Program-made: the position numbers and the translations under genes
Notes under the pieces: model-generated
Databases searched by the model: none
Told to the model about the DNA's origin: nothing
Seen by the model: the letters and a program-made list of their open reading frames with translations, nothing else
Part shown: in pieces, positions 38,240 through 50,479 of the stretch
How the letters are laid out: the number at the start of each line of letters is the position of its first letter
Numbering within the stretch: position 1 is the stretch's first letter
Source of the DNA: Carcharhinus longimanus
Lineage: Eukaryota
DNA: 64,000 bases
Assembly (NCBI GenBank): GCA_030264375.1
Contig: JASCQW010000061.1
Coordinates: 116,008,012 to 116,072,011 of the forward strand
Direction of reading: 5' to 3'

Positions 38240-39005
38240 CTTAGATTTATATAACACTTAGCAAAATAAAATGTTCCAAGACAACTCACAGGAAAGTTAT
38301 CAAACTAAATACTGAACCACAGGAGATAGTGGATAGGTGACCAAATACTTGTTCAAAGAGATAAGTTTTGAAGGGTATTGTTGAGTAAGAGAGAGTGGCA
38401 GCGAGACTTAGGGAAGTAATTCCAAAGTTTGGGGCCAACCCTGAGGGCACGGCTGCCAGTGGTGGAGTGAAAGAAACTGGGTATGCACAGTGGAGCACCT
38501 CAGAGTGTGGTAAAAGCTGGAGGAGCTTAAAAGCATTGGAGGAGATGAGGCTATACAGGGATTTCAACACAAGGATGCAAGTTGTAAATCTGAGGAATTG
38601 CTGGACCGAAAGCCAACGTCAATCAACAGACACAGGAGCCGGGGAACAGAAGTTGGTGTGAGGTGGGATATTGGCAGCAGAATTTTGAAGAAGCCAAAGT
38701 ATCCAGAAAGTGTATGATGAGAACCAGCCAGATGATCACTGGACCAGCCAAATCAGGAGTTAACAAATTCATGGATGAGGGTTTCAGCAACTGATGAGCA
38801 ATATTATGGAGGTGAAAGTAAGTGGACTAGTTGATGGAGAGGATTTGATATTAGAAGATCAGCCTCAGGTTAAATAGGATATTGAAGTTTCAAACAGTCT
38901 GGCTCAGTCTCGGACAATGGTCAGGGAAGGGGGAGGGAATCCCTACCTTGGGAATGAAGTTTGAGAGAGCTGTTGAAGACAATGACTTTGGTCTACCCAA
39001 TATTT
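38240..39005 (-). mobile_element. L2-like LINE remnant
   Basis: Reverse reading 'FKTYLFEQVFGH', typical of an L2 C-terminus; tail acttagatttatataacact. Confidence 0.65.
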
Positions 39006-39330
39006 AATTAGCTCAATATTATGTAACAAAAATATTGCAGAAAGAACTCAAGCTCCATGAAACAAGCCCTTTATAGCAGAGTTATTTTTACAAGCAGTTC
39101 TGCATGCTTGCAGTTTCCTGCGCTGGTGTTAAGGATATCCAATTTGCAATGTGGGATATACTTGGTTAGACATGGAGGAAGTGCACTCAGTCACAAGACA
39201 TGTCAAAGATGTTACAATAACGGTTACAAATTCCTGTAATGTTTTCAGTCTTCTCTTATCTAAGGTAAAATGTTACTTCAGTTTTGTTATAGGAGCAGTA
39301 CAGATTAACATATTTTTTCATTTTAAACAG

Positions 39331-39390
39331 TTCTGTAATATCTGCAGTGCAAAACGTAGAGGACCTGCCAGTGGACTGAATGAGGCTTAA
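39331..39390 (+). CDS. VPS41: VPS41 last coding exon (FCNICSAKRRGPASGLNEA*)
   Basis: ttttaaacag|ttctgt, phase 0, TAA at 39388-39390; human ...QFCNICSAKNRGPGSAILEMKK; exact acceptor less certain. Confidence 0.88.
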   Translation, partial: FCNICSAKRRGPASGLNEA

Positions 39391-39522
39391 AACATGAGAT
39401 GAATTTGACTGAGGACCACGAATTTAAAATGGCTGAATTGTTGTAATATAAGGCGTTTTCTCTCAAATATCAGCTTACTCCTTCAAAGCTTGTACTTGTG
39501 TGAATGTCAAATGCCACCCATT

Positions 39523-39528
39523 AATAAA
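39523..39528 (+). promoter_or_regulatory. Candidate VPS41 polyadenylation signal AATAAA
   Basis: First AATAAA, ~130 nt downstream of the stop codon. Confidence 0.5.
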
Positions 39529-40800
39529 AGTTACTTTGGAATCATTCAACTTCGGAGGAGAAAGCACTGACTGTAACTCCTTAAGTGCAGTAAGCAGGTA
39601 GTCTGTTTGCCTTATATGCATTGACTTTGACATTTTTACAGGTAGATAAACTACTTTCCAAAATGTTAGTGCTTGCTAAAATTACAGCCTAGTTAAAATG
39701 TACTTACCTTTGTTTTTGTACATTACCGTTATAAAGAAATCTGAGTTTGATTTACTCTGAGCTGCATGTGTCACTGTGCAGAAGTGGTAATTGTGTATTA
39801 AATATCCTGTGATAAATAACTTATTTCATAAATTCCAGACTGACAATGGTTATTTTCTCATTCGGGCTAACATGGTGAAGCACACTTTGCAGCACTCACT
39901 GATGCATCCTCCTCAGGATCTTTCCCTGTATATTTAGAGTTAAGTATTTCATAGAATTAAACTGAATTTACAGCTCAAAAGCCAGTTATTTATCCAAACA
40001 TTCCTATATCAAGGTTTATGTTCTGCTGCAACTTCCTCACATCCTTTCTATTCTAACTATATCAGCATTACCCTCTATTCTCTTTTCTTTCATTTGCTTT
40101 TTTAATTTTCCCTTAAATGCTCCCCCTTATTCACCTCAACTACTCCTTGTGGTAGTGAGTCCCACATTCTGACCACTCTCTAGATAAGGAAACGTATTCT
40201 AATTCACTTCTTGATTTTTTTGATGACCATCAGATATTGATATCCTCTAGTTTTCTTTTTCTCTACAAATGGAGAGACACTCTGGGGATGAAATTTTCCC
40301 ATGACCTTGCAACAGGTTGAAAGGCGAAAGATGGAGAGAATTCAGCAGGAGTCCAAAAATCAGTTTCACACCAGCATTAATCTCCCACAGGATCTTCTGC
40401 TGGTGTCTGCTATGGTGCATTGAAAATCCCACTGAAAGCCAGTTTGAAACAGATTTGCATTTGATGAATGGGATGCAGATGAACACCAGAGTGACTGTTC
40501 CCTGGTGGTTCCTTGATGTACAGGTCAAAAAAAAACATGTACATTTTCCAAAAATTCATCCAGGACACTGTTATTGCTAATTTGGTTTGCCCAGTCTATA
40601 GGTTAAAGTCACTCATGAAGACTGTAGCACCTTTGTTAGATGGATCTCTAATTTTCTGTTTAATGCCATCCACTATCTTACCACTACTTTTTGGAAGATT
40701 ATAGACAACTCCCAGTAATGTATACACCTTGTTATGGTCCTAGTTGGTATTCTAACTGGACTGGCGGATCCCAAAATAGAACCCTGGCTCAAAAGATCAT

Positions 40801-41146
40801 GATGTGGAAATGCTGGCATTGGACTGGGCTAAGCAGTCTCACAACACCAGGTTAAAGTCCAACAGGTTTATGTGGTAGCACAAGAGCAAGCTTTCAGAGC
40901 ACTGCTCACCTGATGAAGGAGCAGCACTCCGAAAGCTTGTGGCTTGTGCTACCAAATAAACCTGTTGGACTTTAATGTGGTGNNNNNNNNNNNNNNNNNN
41001 NNNNNNNNNNNNNNNNNNNNNNNNNNNNNNNNNNNNNNNNNNNNNGGCATATAAAGACACAAAGGAACAGCACTCCGAAAGCTTGTGGCTTGTGCTACCA
41101 AATAAACCTGTTGGACTTTAATGTGGTGTTGCAAGACTTTTTACTG
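40801..41146. mobile_element. Penelope pLTR-derived inverted-repeat insertion with hammerhead core, inside an LTR-like repeat (~40729-41450)
   Basis: CTGATGA 40910-40916, stem ggag-cagca-ctcc, GAAA 40931-40934; TSD tcaaaagatcat (40789-40800) / tcagaagatcat (41147-41158). Confidence 0.82.
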
Positions 41147-41499
41147 TCAGAAGATCATAACAGCTTTGTTTAATTTATGGTTTATTGAACATAGTGGAAA
41201 CTGAACCACAGGACCACTAATTAGTTTTTAACAAAAAGCATTTATTAAACATTTTTAAAATGGATAATAATACAATACTCTTCTCCCCCTTTAGCTTGAC
41301 TGTTACACACAGGTTTAAGGTTACTACAGATGACAAAATAGATTTGAAGCTACAATTGTCTCATCTGCACCAAAAGTCAATATTAGCAGATTTCTCTTCC
41401 TTCCAGCTCACGCCAATGGTAAGAACTTGAGAGATTTCTATTCAGCTATGTAATGGAAAGATAGTTGAAGCCTCTACCATCATTACCTATAGCACCAGA

Positions 41500-41790
41500 T
41501 ACAACATGCATCTAAGAGTGCACATTGCCACAGCAACTTGGACTTCCTGAGTGACTGTAACACCCATCACCTCCACATGCATTCATAGAGGAGGTGGTGA
41601 CTTTCATAGCGTCTTTGCCATCAGTCTAATCTTCCCAAGCCACTGCTCTTCAAGTTGTTTCCACACAGGTGTGGCTGGCATTAACAGACTCTCAATACTA
41701 TATACCAATGGGATTTCCCTATGCCTTATTTGCCATCTGATGGCTTTTTTCATTAAACATTGATACTGTTTATCCAATTGTAGTATCACA
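41500..41790 (-). mobile_element. Possible decayed PIF/Harbinger transposase fragment
   Basis: EEQWLGKIRLMAKTL...VTVTQEVQVAVAMC resembles the HARBI1-like W-x-x-x-FRM...VEKRVAIAL region. Confidence 0.4.
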
Positions 41791-42411
41791 AATATGCAGT
41801 GTTCTGTCGATGCAAGCAGTTTGCATCTTTCTACTGAAATGCCAACTTTAAATAAAGTTGGGAGAGATCACCTGCAAGTGTGAAGGAGGAATCTGGCAAA
41901 ATTGTATAAATGGGATTTGAAGGCCGATTATATAGTGCCATTGTTGAGTTCCAGAAGAGTAGTACCTGAATTCAATATGACAGTATTTATAAATCACAAT
42001 CACAACAGCGATAATAATGTGAATATAATAGATTTAATGTGTGTCACTCTTACCTCCTGCTCTTGGTATATGAGAGAATTCACAAGTTGATACTCAACTT
42101 GTTTGGCCATGTTATGAATCCATCTTTTGTAGCCTTCAAGAACTGGAGTAGAACTTGAATATGGAGGTTCAGGACCAGAGGAAGAGGCTCGACACACTTA
42201 CCACAAGAAGATGGTCCATACAGAAGTAAATAATATTAAGATTGATATCTCTTATTATAAAAAGGCTTGATAAAAGTAAGACGTAAAGTGGAGTGCATAA
42301 GAAGTGGTTATATTCCAGTTCTTTCTTTGTTTAAGTCTTTTATACTGTGATGTTTGCTTTTGTTTAAAAATGTGAAATCTTGTGGTGCACTTCAGTTAGT
42401 TAAAATGAAGG

Positions 42412-42545
42412 CTGGACTTCTCCGACCTCACCTGCGGCAGGGATTCTGCAGTCTCACTGCTGTGAATGAAGACTTGGCTGAATGCCAAATTCTCCCTTCT
42501 CTCGGGCAACAGTGGTGGAGCATACGAGACTGGAGAATTCCATCT
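42412..42545. mobile_element. Short MITE
   Basis: ggctggacttctcc ... ggagaattccatc terminal inverted repeats; related sequence at ~43740-43870 and ~43050-43245. Confidence 0.55.
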
Positions 42546-42589
42546 GAAATGTTCGGATGGCTCTCTGAGTGTTAATGGTCCCTAAAAAA

Positions 42590-42762
42590 ACAAATGTGCA
42601 GGTAGGTTGATTGGCCATGCTAAATTGCCCCTTGGTGTCAGAGGAATCAGCAGGGTAAATACATGGGGTTACGGAGATAGAGTCTGAGTGGGATTGTTGT
42701 CGGTTAGGCTCAATAAGCCAAATGGTGTCCTTCCGCACTGTAGGGATTTTATGATTCTATTC
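42590..42762 (+). mobile_element. HE1-type SINE 3' half
   Basis: gattggccatgctaaattgccccttggtgtcag...gcactgtagggattttatgattcta. Confidence 0.8.
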
Positions 42763-45354
42763 TAAAAAGATCAGAACAAGTCCCTAACCGTAATTCAATA
42801 TTAGTTTCTATGAAATGTTTGTCCACATCTTGCACTGTAAATATTGGCACTGTGCAATTGTTCAACATCTCCGCCATTTCCTTCTTTTTGTTGACAGTAT
42901 CACTATTAATCAGTTGTTAAGGAGCTTGTATTGCTTCTTACAACCTTTGCTTTTCTAACATAATTATAAAACTTTTGTATTGACCTGAAAATCCCTTACA
43001 GCTTTCCTTTCTTGCTCCCTTTTTGTTCTTTACACTATCAGTGGTATTTTATGGCGATTCCTGCTGGTGGGATTGTCTAGTCTCACTGACAACAACTCCC
43101 CACCATTGGTTCCCCAGCAGCAGAGGTTGCAATCAACAGAAAACCCCGTTGGCAGCAGCAGGACCAGAAGATCCTACCGTCAGCCAGTAGTAGGCTGCCT
43201 CTGTCACCACATTACACGCCACGGGGGGAATGGAAATTCCTGCTGTAACTGTTGTCATGTTTTGCTCTTCCTTGTATCTTCCCCATTCATCTGGATCTAT
43301 GCTTTTTGTTTCATTTTTGTACGCCTTTTCCCTTTAGTTTTACGTTATCTTTTACCTCTTTTTAGTTGTCATTGTCTATCTTTTCAGTAGGTACAGCTCT
43401 TGCCCCTCGGGGAACAAACTGATTCTGTAAAAATATCAAATTATTTTTAGCACTGAACTTCTCTCATTTTATCCATTAAAAGTCTGCCCAGTTTACTGTG
43501 GACAGTCTCTGTTCTGCCCCACCGAAGCCAAATCTAAAATCTTAATAGCTGTTTGTGTTTGTCCTTTTTAAACACCACATCAGTTGTATTCTGATTGCTA
43601 TTAGATATTTATTCACACACTATTAGGCTGTTAACTAAATCTGGCTCATTATGAAATCTAATATACATGTCCCANNNNNNNNNNNNNNNNNNNNNNNNNN
43701 NNNNNNNNNNNNNNNNNNNNNNNNNNNNNNNNNNNNNNCTCAACAGCCAGAAGGTTGTGGCCGTTCATGCCAGTGGGATTTGCTGCAATGAATGGAGACT
43801 TGGCTGGTCCCCAAATTCTCTGACTTTGCTGCAGTGGGAACAAGGCGTAAATGGTCAGTAAGATCACGCCCAATAATTTTTTGACATGTCCGCTAATCAC
43901 AATCTATATGAAAGTTAAAATTCCCCATTAAAGCCAATCTGTATTCCCTACATGCCTAATCTCCACATTTATACAATCTGTCATATCCTGGCAGCTACCA
44001 GAGAGACAACTCCCGCTACATGAAACCCTATTCTGTTTCTAAATTCTATCCATAAAACCTTCGCTGTCTGCATACCTCTTGTTATATTTGCTGTTACTAT
44101 TGAACTGATTTCATTTATATTTACGCAGTCTTCTCCTCCTGTACCATTTTTCTGCCTTACCTGTAGACCTTACAACCTGGTATATGTAGTTTCCAATCCT
44201 TTACTGCCTTGCAGCAATGTCTCAGCTGTGTCATATGCATGTCATTCCCCTCAAGTTACATTTGCACCTCAATCCATACTCCATACATTTTTGTTAAGAA
44301 TATTTAATTTGGGCACACACCCTAACCTGTGTTTCTGCCCTAAGGGGTTACATCCATACATATCTATTTTCAAAACTGGTTTGATAAATTTACATCTTTT
44401 AGATTTCCGTTTATCCTTGTTTCTGAATTATTATTTATATTACTTTTTTCCGTCTGAATTCTTCCTTGCCTCCACTTACTATGTTCTGAAAAGGAGATCA
44501 GGATGTCACTCAGGATGTTACCAGGAGATGGAGCTGATTCAGCTTTGCATTACACTATCAATGTATAGGTGCACAACTTCAATCGCCATTTACTGAACTG
44601 TTTCATCACTTGCCTATTCCCAAAGCGTTTTCAACCCTTAACTCGCTTCCAGTTTCAAACGTTACAACCTTGAATAGGTTATAAGTGGGCTGGTTGCTTT
44701 GCCTATGTTGTTGCACCATTTTCGCTTGGCAAACCTAGAACGATCTGGGGGTTTACCTGGCTGCTATGGGTGACCATGATTGCCCTGCATTGCGATTGAT
44801 AGTCACCCTGTCCCACATCACACTGCCACTACACCATTATGGCCCTTCTCATGAGCACAGACTGCCTTCCTCATCCATCAGTCACTATATTGTGACATGG
44901 GACCTTCACTGCTGATCTTCACCTGACATACCCATCAACTGAGGTGATGTTAAGGTGCATGACAATTTCATGCCCAAGAAGCTACATGCAGCCATGAGTG
45001 AGGTCAATATGCCAAATTTACATTGAGTTTTTCTTCAGAAGCAAAATTTTCAACACTGAGCAGTAACGTTTCCTGGTCCAAGATGAGGTGGTAGAAGTTC
45101 TGGGAAAGAGTGTGTTGGGGGAGAAGGCTGGGGGCTACAATGCATAACTCCCTGAAGCATTTCTGCCACCAAAGAGCTTTCCCTGGGGGTCAGTCAAGAA
45201 ATGGGCAGCCAAGTCACATTATTAGGGGTGATTTTGTGTCCTCATCAGCATCTTATGCTGCTGGAGCAACCAGTGTGTGAAGGCAACCAGCTCAACGGAG
45301 GTGGTATCCCTGTGATAAATTGGAGGGGCCATCAGAACTGGAGGATTCCACACG

Positions 45355-45597
45355 TTTACCTTGGCTAATCCATCTAGCCTACTTGTGACACTAAGGGACA
45401 ATTTGCTATTGCCAATTCACCTAAGTTGCACGTCTTTGGATTGTGGGGGTAAACTGGAGTACCTCAAGGAAGCCCATGCAGAAGCAGGGAGAATATGCAA
45501 ACTCCACACAGACAGTCACCCAAGGCTGGAATTGAACCCAGGTGCCTGGTGCCGTGAGGCAACTGTTCTAATAACTGTGTCACCTTGTCATCCTGAT
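45355..45597 (-). mobile_element. HE1-type SINE, 3'-truncated
   Basis: gcaaactccacacagacagtcacccaaggctggaattgaaccc. Confidence 0.8.
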
Positions 45598-45899
45598 TGA
45601 GCCAGAGACATCAGGAGCCTGGCCACTATGCTTAATGAGAAGTTGAGTGTGGAGGCAGCCAATTAGCAGGCCCACTCCTGGAGGATTATGCCACTGTTTT
45701 GCTGCCAGCAGTGCTGGTTCAGGACACTCAATTGATCCTGATGGCAGGATCCTGAAGTCTGTAGGAAAATCCAGCCCTTAGCTCCTGCCAGAANNNNNNN
45801 NNNCACATTCTGTTTCAGTTCAAGCCAATCTTGAACTGAAGATGGGAGATGGGATCACACTTCATTTTGCTTTTTATAATTAAAGACAGCCAGCAGAAT

Positions 45900-46094
45900 C
45901 CTTGGGGTCTTATAGCTAGAGATCTTGCTGCAAGTGTGATGATGTTTGCCAAGGAGGGGAAGAGGACAACCTGTCCAACCAAGCAGGCATGGATGGAATT
46001 GACCAAGGAAGTCAGCAGCTGGACTGTGGCTCACCAAATCCAAAAACAGTGTACCAAGAGGATCCAGGACCTCAGGAAAGCAAGAAGTAAGTGA
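45900..46094 (+). mobile_element. Harbinger Myb/SANT-like (trihelix) gene remnant
   Basis: TKQAWMELTKEVSSWTVAHQIQKQCTKRIQDL fits AW..(I/V)A..V......R...QC.KR..DL; followed by a gtaagt donor and a later ccttgcag acceptor. Confidence 0.65.
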
Positions 46095-48091
46095 AATAAA
46101 ATGTACGGGTGCCAAACCTCACGCTTTGGCTTGTCTAGCATTCTCCTCAGCAATCTTCAGGACAACACACTATAACCCCCACTCATTCCCCTCTCTCCAG
46201 GCACCCTTCTGAATAACCAACATTCATCCTCATACTATTCTTCTCTCACACCTGTGCCTAGTAGTCACCTTCCAAAATGGTGTTGTTCCCTTTGCACCAC
46301 ATAGTCCATTTCTAACACTCATAACTCTGCTTTCTCTCCTTGCAGGGTAAGTGAAGGAGGGTGGTATAAAAGTCCTAGTTTAAAGGCCCTTGTTTAAAAT
46401 TTATTATAATAAGTAGACTAGGATAAGGTGCCTTATATATAGAATAATGATTCACCATGCGCCTAATGCAATACATGCAAAGGTATTGTCTGTATAACTA
46501 CAAGTTAACCAAGCATTATGAAATTAACTTGTATTCTTAATGTATGCCTTGTGAGCCTTGGTCAACCGATGATCTAACAGTAGGCAGTAGCAGATAGACC
46601 GAGTTCTTTGGGACAGTGGGACATAGAGAGTGCAGTTCTCCAGCATGAGTCAAGCAGCTGCAATTTAATCAGGGCTTTGAAATGTAAGGGAGTACATTCA
46701 CTGTTGGTTAGTGATGCTGGTATAGTTTCTCATGCTGAAAAAGAGGGCCAGATTCAGGCAAGAAAACTGACAGTCTTTACCAAATAAATTTTTCAGGTGT
46801 CAGAGAATATCCTTGAATCTACTAGATTTACATAATTACGTTTCTTAGTAATCAGGAGGGAACTTTTGGATTTAGTGGACTAATAAGCTCCTGACCTTCC
46901 TGACAGGTAGAGCGTTATTGCCTTAGGTAATAATGTGTAATATTGTAATTGGACACTCCAGTTTGAGTGACAAGCTGGACAGGAAATCAAAGTGCTCAGA
47001 AAAAGTATATGAATCTCACACATGTACTGTTACACCAGAGAGTAGTCGACACTCACTGATATCTTTTTTCTGGTACGTGCATTAGCAATAAGCTTCCTTT
47101 CATTCTTTAGCTACATGCTGTCTTTTGTAGTCTGTGTATCAGTTGAGTGAAGTCAGCTGAGTAAAAGACCCCTGCAGAGGGACACTGTGGAAAATTCCCC
47201 TGACAGTCAAAGACTACAAAACTGAGAGGAGAAGCAGAGACCTTTTGGGGACGGTAGACACTTTGAAAGCTACATGCAATGTGTTCCCACCTGGTGCATT
47301 ATGAAAGAGGTCTAGTTCCAGGAGGCTGCAGATGTCATCAATAACCTGTCACTATAGTCAGAAAGTCTTGAGACACTGGTGCTCAGACATCTTGAGAACC
47401 TCTGCCTGTAGACTGTGGGCAGAATTTTCTGCATTTTCTGCTTTTTCTGCAGTCTCGAAGAGGTTGTAAAAAAAAGGTTGAAGCCATTGTTCGCCAAGGG
47501 CAGCTTTCTCCACCGAGCTGTTCGGCTCACAATTTTAAAGCAAAGGTAAGGCTAGATCCAATAACAGCATGTTTTTATAGGGCGCCTGGACTTTAAGAAA
47601 AATAATCCCTCCCCCCAATGATGAATTCNNNNNNNNNNTCCCCCCCCCCCCCGCCCCCCCAGTCCCATCACCATGGAGTTCTGCCCCTACCCCCCCTCCC
47701 ATGCACACAAAGCACTGAAACCCTTGCCACACCAATTATTACCACCACCCACTGCAACACGGAACCCCTAGGGGCAAGACAGGTGAACTGACCTTCAAGT
47801 GGTTGACAAATCCATGTCAGAAGTGATAACATTCTCTCAGGGAAGGGGTGCTGTGAGAAACAGACTTCCATGACTGCAGCTTTTCAGTTTCATTGATCAA
47901 AGCCTTCCCAACTTGTCAGTCTCACTGCAGAAGCTCACTGTCCACTAGTCTGGTTGCTCGCAAGTTAATGACAATTCAGGAAATAGATGCACTGGCTACT
48001 AAAAGCCAGTATGGTTGGTTAAAACAGTATTTAATTACTTCTTGTTTGGCAATACAGAACCTGAGTATTGCTTGAAAAAGAAAACACATTT

Positions 48092-48124
48092 TGTCAAAGC
48101 TTTTCATCTTGACTCATCAGGACA
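48092..48124 (-). ncRNA. Minimal hammerhead ribozyme motif (PLE type)
   Basis: Minus strand tgtc-CTGATGA-gtc-aa-gat-GAAA-agctt-t-gaca; stem I tgtc/gaca, palindromic aagctt stem III. Confidence 0.65.
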
Positions 48125-48349
48125 GCCATAAGAATATCAATGTCAAAAGTCATTAATATCCTTGCAATTTAATTATTTATAGGAGTATTAAAATTACTTA
48201 CCCAACAGTTGTAAGGGTGTTTTCTGGCTTGTCGTAAAACCCAGAAATGGGATGATGTCAGAATCCAGGTTCACACATTCAAATCTGCCTGCGGAGATTT
48301 TGTGGCTATATTCACCTTACCCTCTGACCTGCCCCATTCTGATGCTTAA

Positions 48350-49392
48350 TGCTCTGCATTCAGCAAAAGACTCAGTTTAATCCCCTTATGACTTCACCTC
48401 AATGGATTTCGGGCTTGTCACAATGCTGAACACTTCTTCTGTTGCCTCCATCTCCATGCTCACTTCTTTTCCCTGTTTAATGGATCCCTTCATCTGCCTC
48501 CAGTATTCTAACCCTACCTGGACTCTAACCTTTGGCCTCCCACCTGCTCTCGATTTTTTTTCATTGAGAACTGTCAGTGTGACATTGGCTGTCTCAATTT
48601 CTCTGCCCCTCTCACTCACTCTAACCTGTCTCCTTCTGAACTTGCTGCATTCCATTCTCTTAGGTCAAACCCTGACCTTGCGGTCAAATCTGCTGACTAA
48701 GGTGGTGGTGTTGTTATATCTCGCAGAAACTGACTGCCAGACACTTCCTCCAACCTCCTCCTGAACGTCACCCCTTCACTGAACATCAAGCCATTGTTTG
48801 CAGCATGGTCACTGACCTGAACACTTCTCTGACTTCCCTCCATAGCCTCCAAACTCTTACTCCCCACCCCTGTACACTCCACTTCTACTTCCTTCCCAAA
48901 ATGCACAAACAGAGAGTTGCCTTGGTAAACCTGTCATATCAGCCTGCTCCTGCCCCATAGAACTCATTTCTTCCTTTCTTGACTCCATCCTCTCCTCCTT
49001 GTCCAGTCTCTCCCCACCCATATTCATGATTCATCTGATACCCTACCTCACATCATCAATTTTCCCTAACCAGCCCTAGCTGCCTCCACTTCACTAGTGA
49101 TGCCCACGTCCATTCCCCAGCAGCTCAGTTTGAGCAGAGTCCACTTCTTCCTTGTGCAGAGGCCTGAACAATCCCCATGTTCCATCAAAAAATAATTTCT
49201 CCTTTAACTTGTCTCAGGTCCTGCAAATGAAAGGCATGGTGATGGGTACTCGCAGGGGCCCAAGTTATGCCTGTCATTGTGTGCGGTATGTGGAACACTC
49301 TTTGTTCCCGTCTTACTCAGGCCCTCTCTCACAATCTTTTTCCATTACATCAATGACTGTAGCGGTGCTGCTTCAAACTCTCGTCTGAACCT
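48350..49392 (+). mobile_element. Penelope-like element RT remnant
   Basis: SKxLSLIP...HLN N-terminal motif; NNFSFN...LQMKGMVMGTRRGPSYAC (PLE QxxGxxMG); tacatcaatgac = YIND (decayed YIDD). Confidence 0.85.
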
Positions 49393-49394
49393 GA

Positions 49395-50210
49395 ATTGAG
49401 TCAGTTAGGATGTATTTGCTGGAGCTCAGAAGAATGGGGGGGATTTCATAGAAACTTATAAAATAAGAACATAAGAAATAGGAGCAGGAGTAGGCCATCT
49501 AGCCCTTCGAGTCTGCCCAGCCATTCAGTAAGATCATGGCTGATCTGAAGTGGATCAGTTCCACTTTCCCGCTTTCTCCCCATAACCCTTAATTTCCCTG
49601 TCTGTCAAAAACCTATCTACCCGCGTCTTAAATATATTTAGCGAGGTAGCCTCCACCACTTCAACGGGCAGAGAATTCCAGNNNNNNNNNNNNNNNNNNN
49701 NNNNNNNNNNNNNNNNNNNNNNNNNNNNNNNNNNNNNNNNNNNNNNNNNNNNNNNNNNNNNNNNNNNNNNNNNNNNNNNNNATGACAGGCATAACTTGGG
49801 CCCCTGCGAGTACCCATCACCATACCATTCATTTGCAGGATGTGAGACAAGTTAAAAGAGAAAATCTAATAGAACTAGACAGGATAGATAAAAGAAAGAT
49901 GTTCCCAATGGTGGGGTGTCCTGAACCAGGGGTCACAGTCTGAGGATACAGGGTGGACCATTTAAAACAGAAATGAGGAGAAATTTCTTTACCCAGAGAG
50001 TGGATAACCATTGGAATTCACTACCCCAGAAGTAGCTGAGGCCAAAACATTCAATGTTTTCAAGAAGTAGTTAGATATTGCACTTGAGGTGAAGGGGATC
50101 AAAGGAAATGGGGGAAGGCCTGATCAGGATATTGAGTTGGATGATCGGCCATGATTGTAATGAATGGTCAAATAACCTCCTCCTGCTCCTATTTTCTTTG
50201 TTTCTATAGT
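49395..50210 (+). mobile_element. CR1 3' fragment interrupted by a minus CR1 tail (49465-49681), a gap and an inverted PLE piece
   Basis: ctggagctcagaagaatgggggggatttcatagaaacttataaaa resumes as tctaatagaactagacaggatagat at ~49865. Confidence 0.7.
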
Positions 50211-50479
50211 CTCATATAAAAAGGACAAGGCGATTGTAGTTGCCCTTTCTATTGAGAAAGATGCGGGGACTGGCTGGGGCAGCATGGAAGGCAATGTCTC
50301 TGACACTTCTGGACCCTTGGCAGGATTGTGACAATTTCAAAGTGTTTCCTTTACTTCAAGATTTTTCTGTATCCCAATTTCAGGTGCACTATACATTCCC
50401 TCACCCATATTGTAGATACCAGTGATAATGAATGAAAATCGTCTTTGAGAATGGATTATTCACAATAATCTGCTCACTG

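Noticed and set aside
40921-41128. Tandem copy of cagcactccgaaagcttgtgg...tttaatgtggtg suggesting a hammerhead dimer
   Set aside because: The copies flank a gap, are identical, and the second lacks the CUGAUGA core; probably a scaffolding duplication
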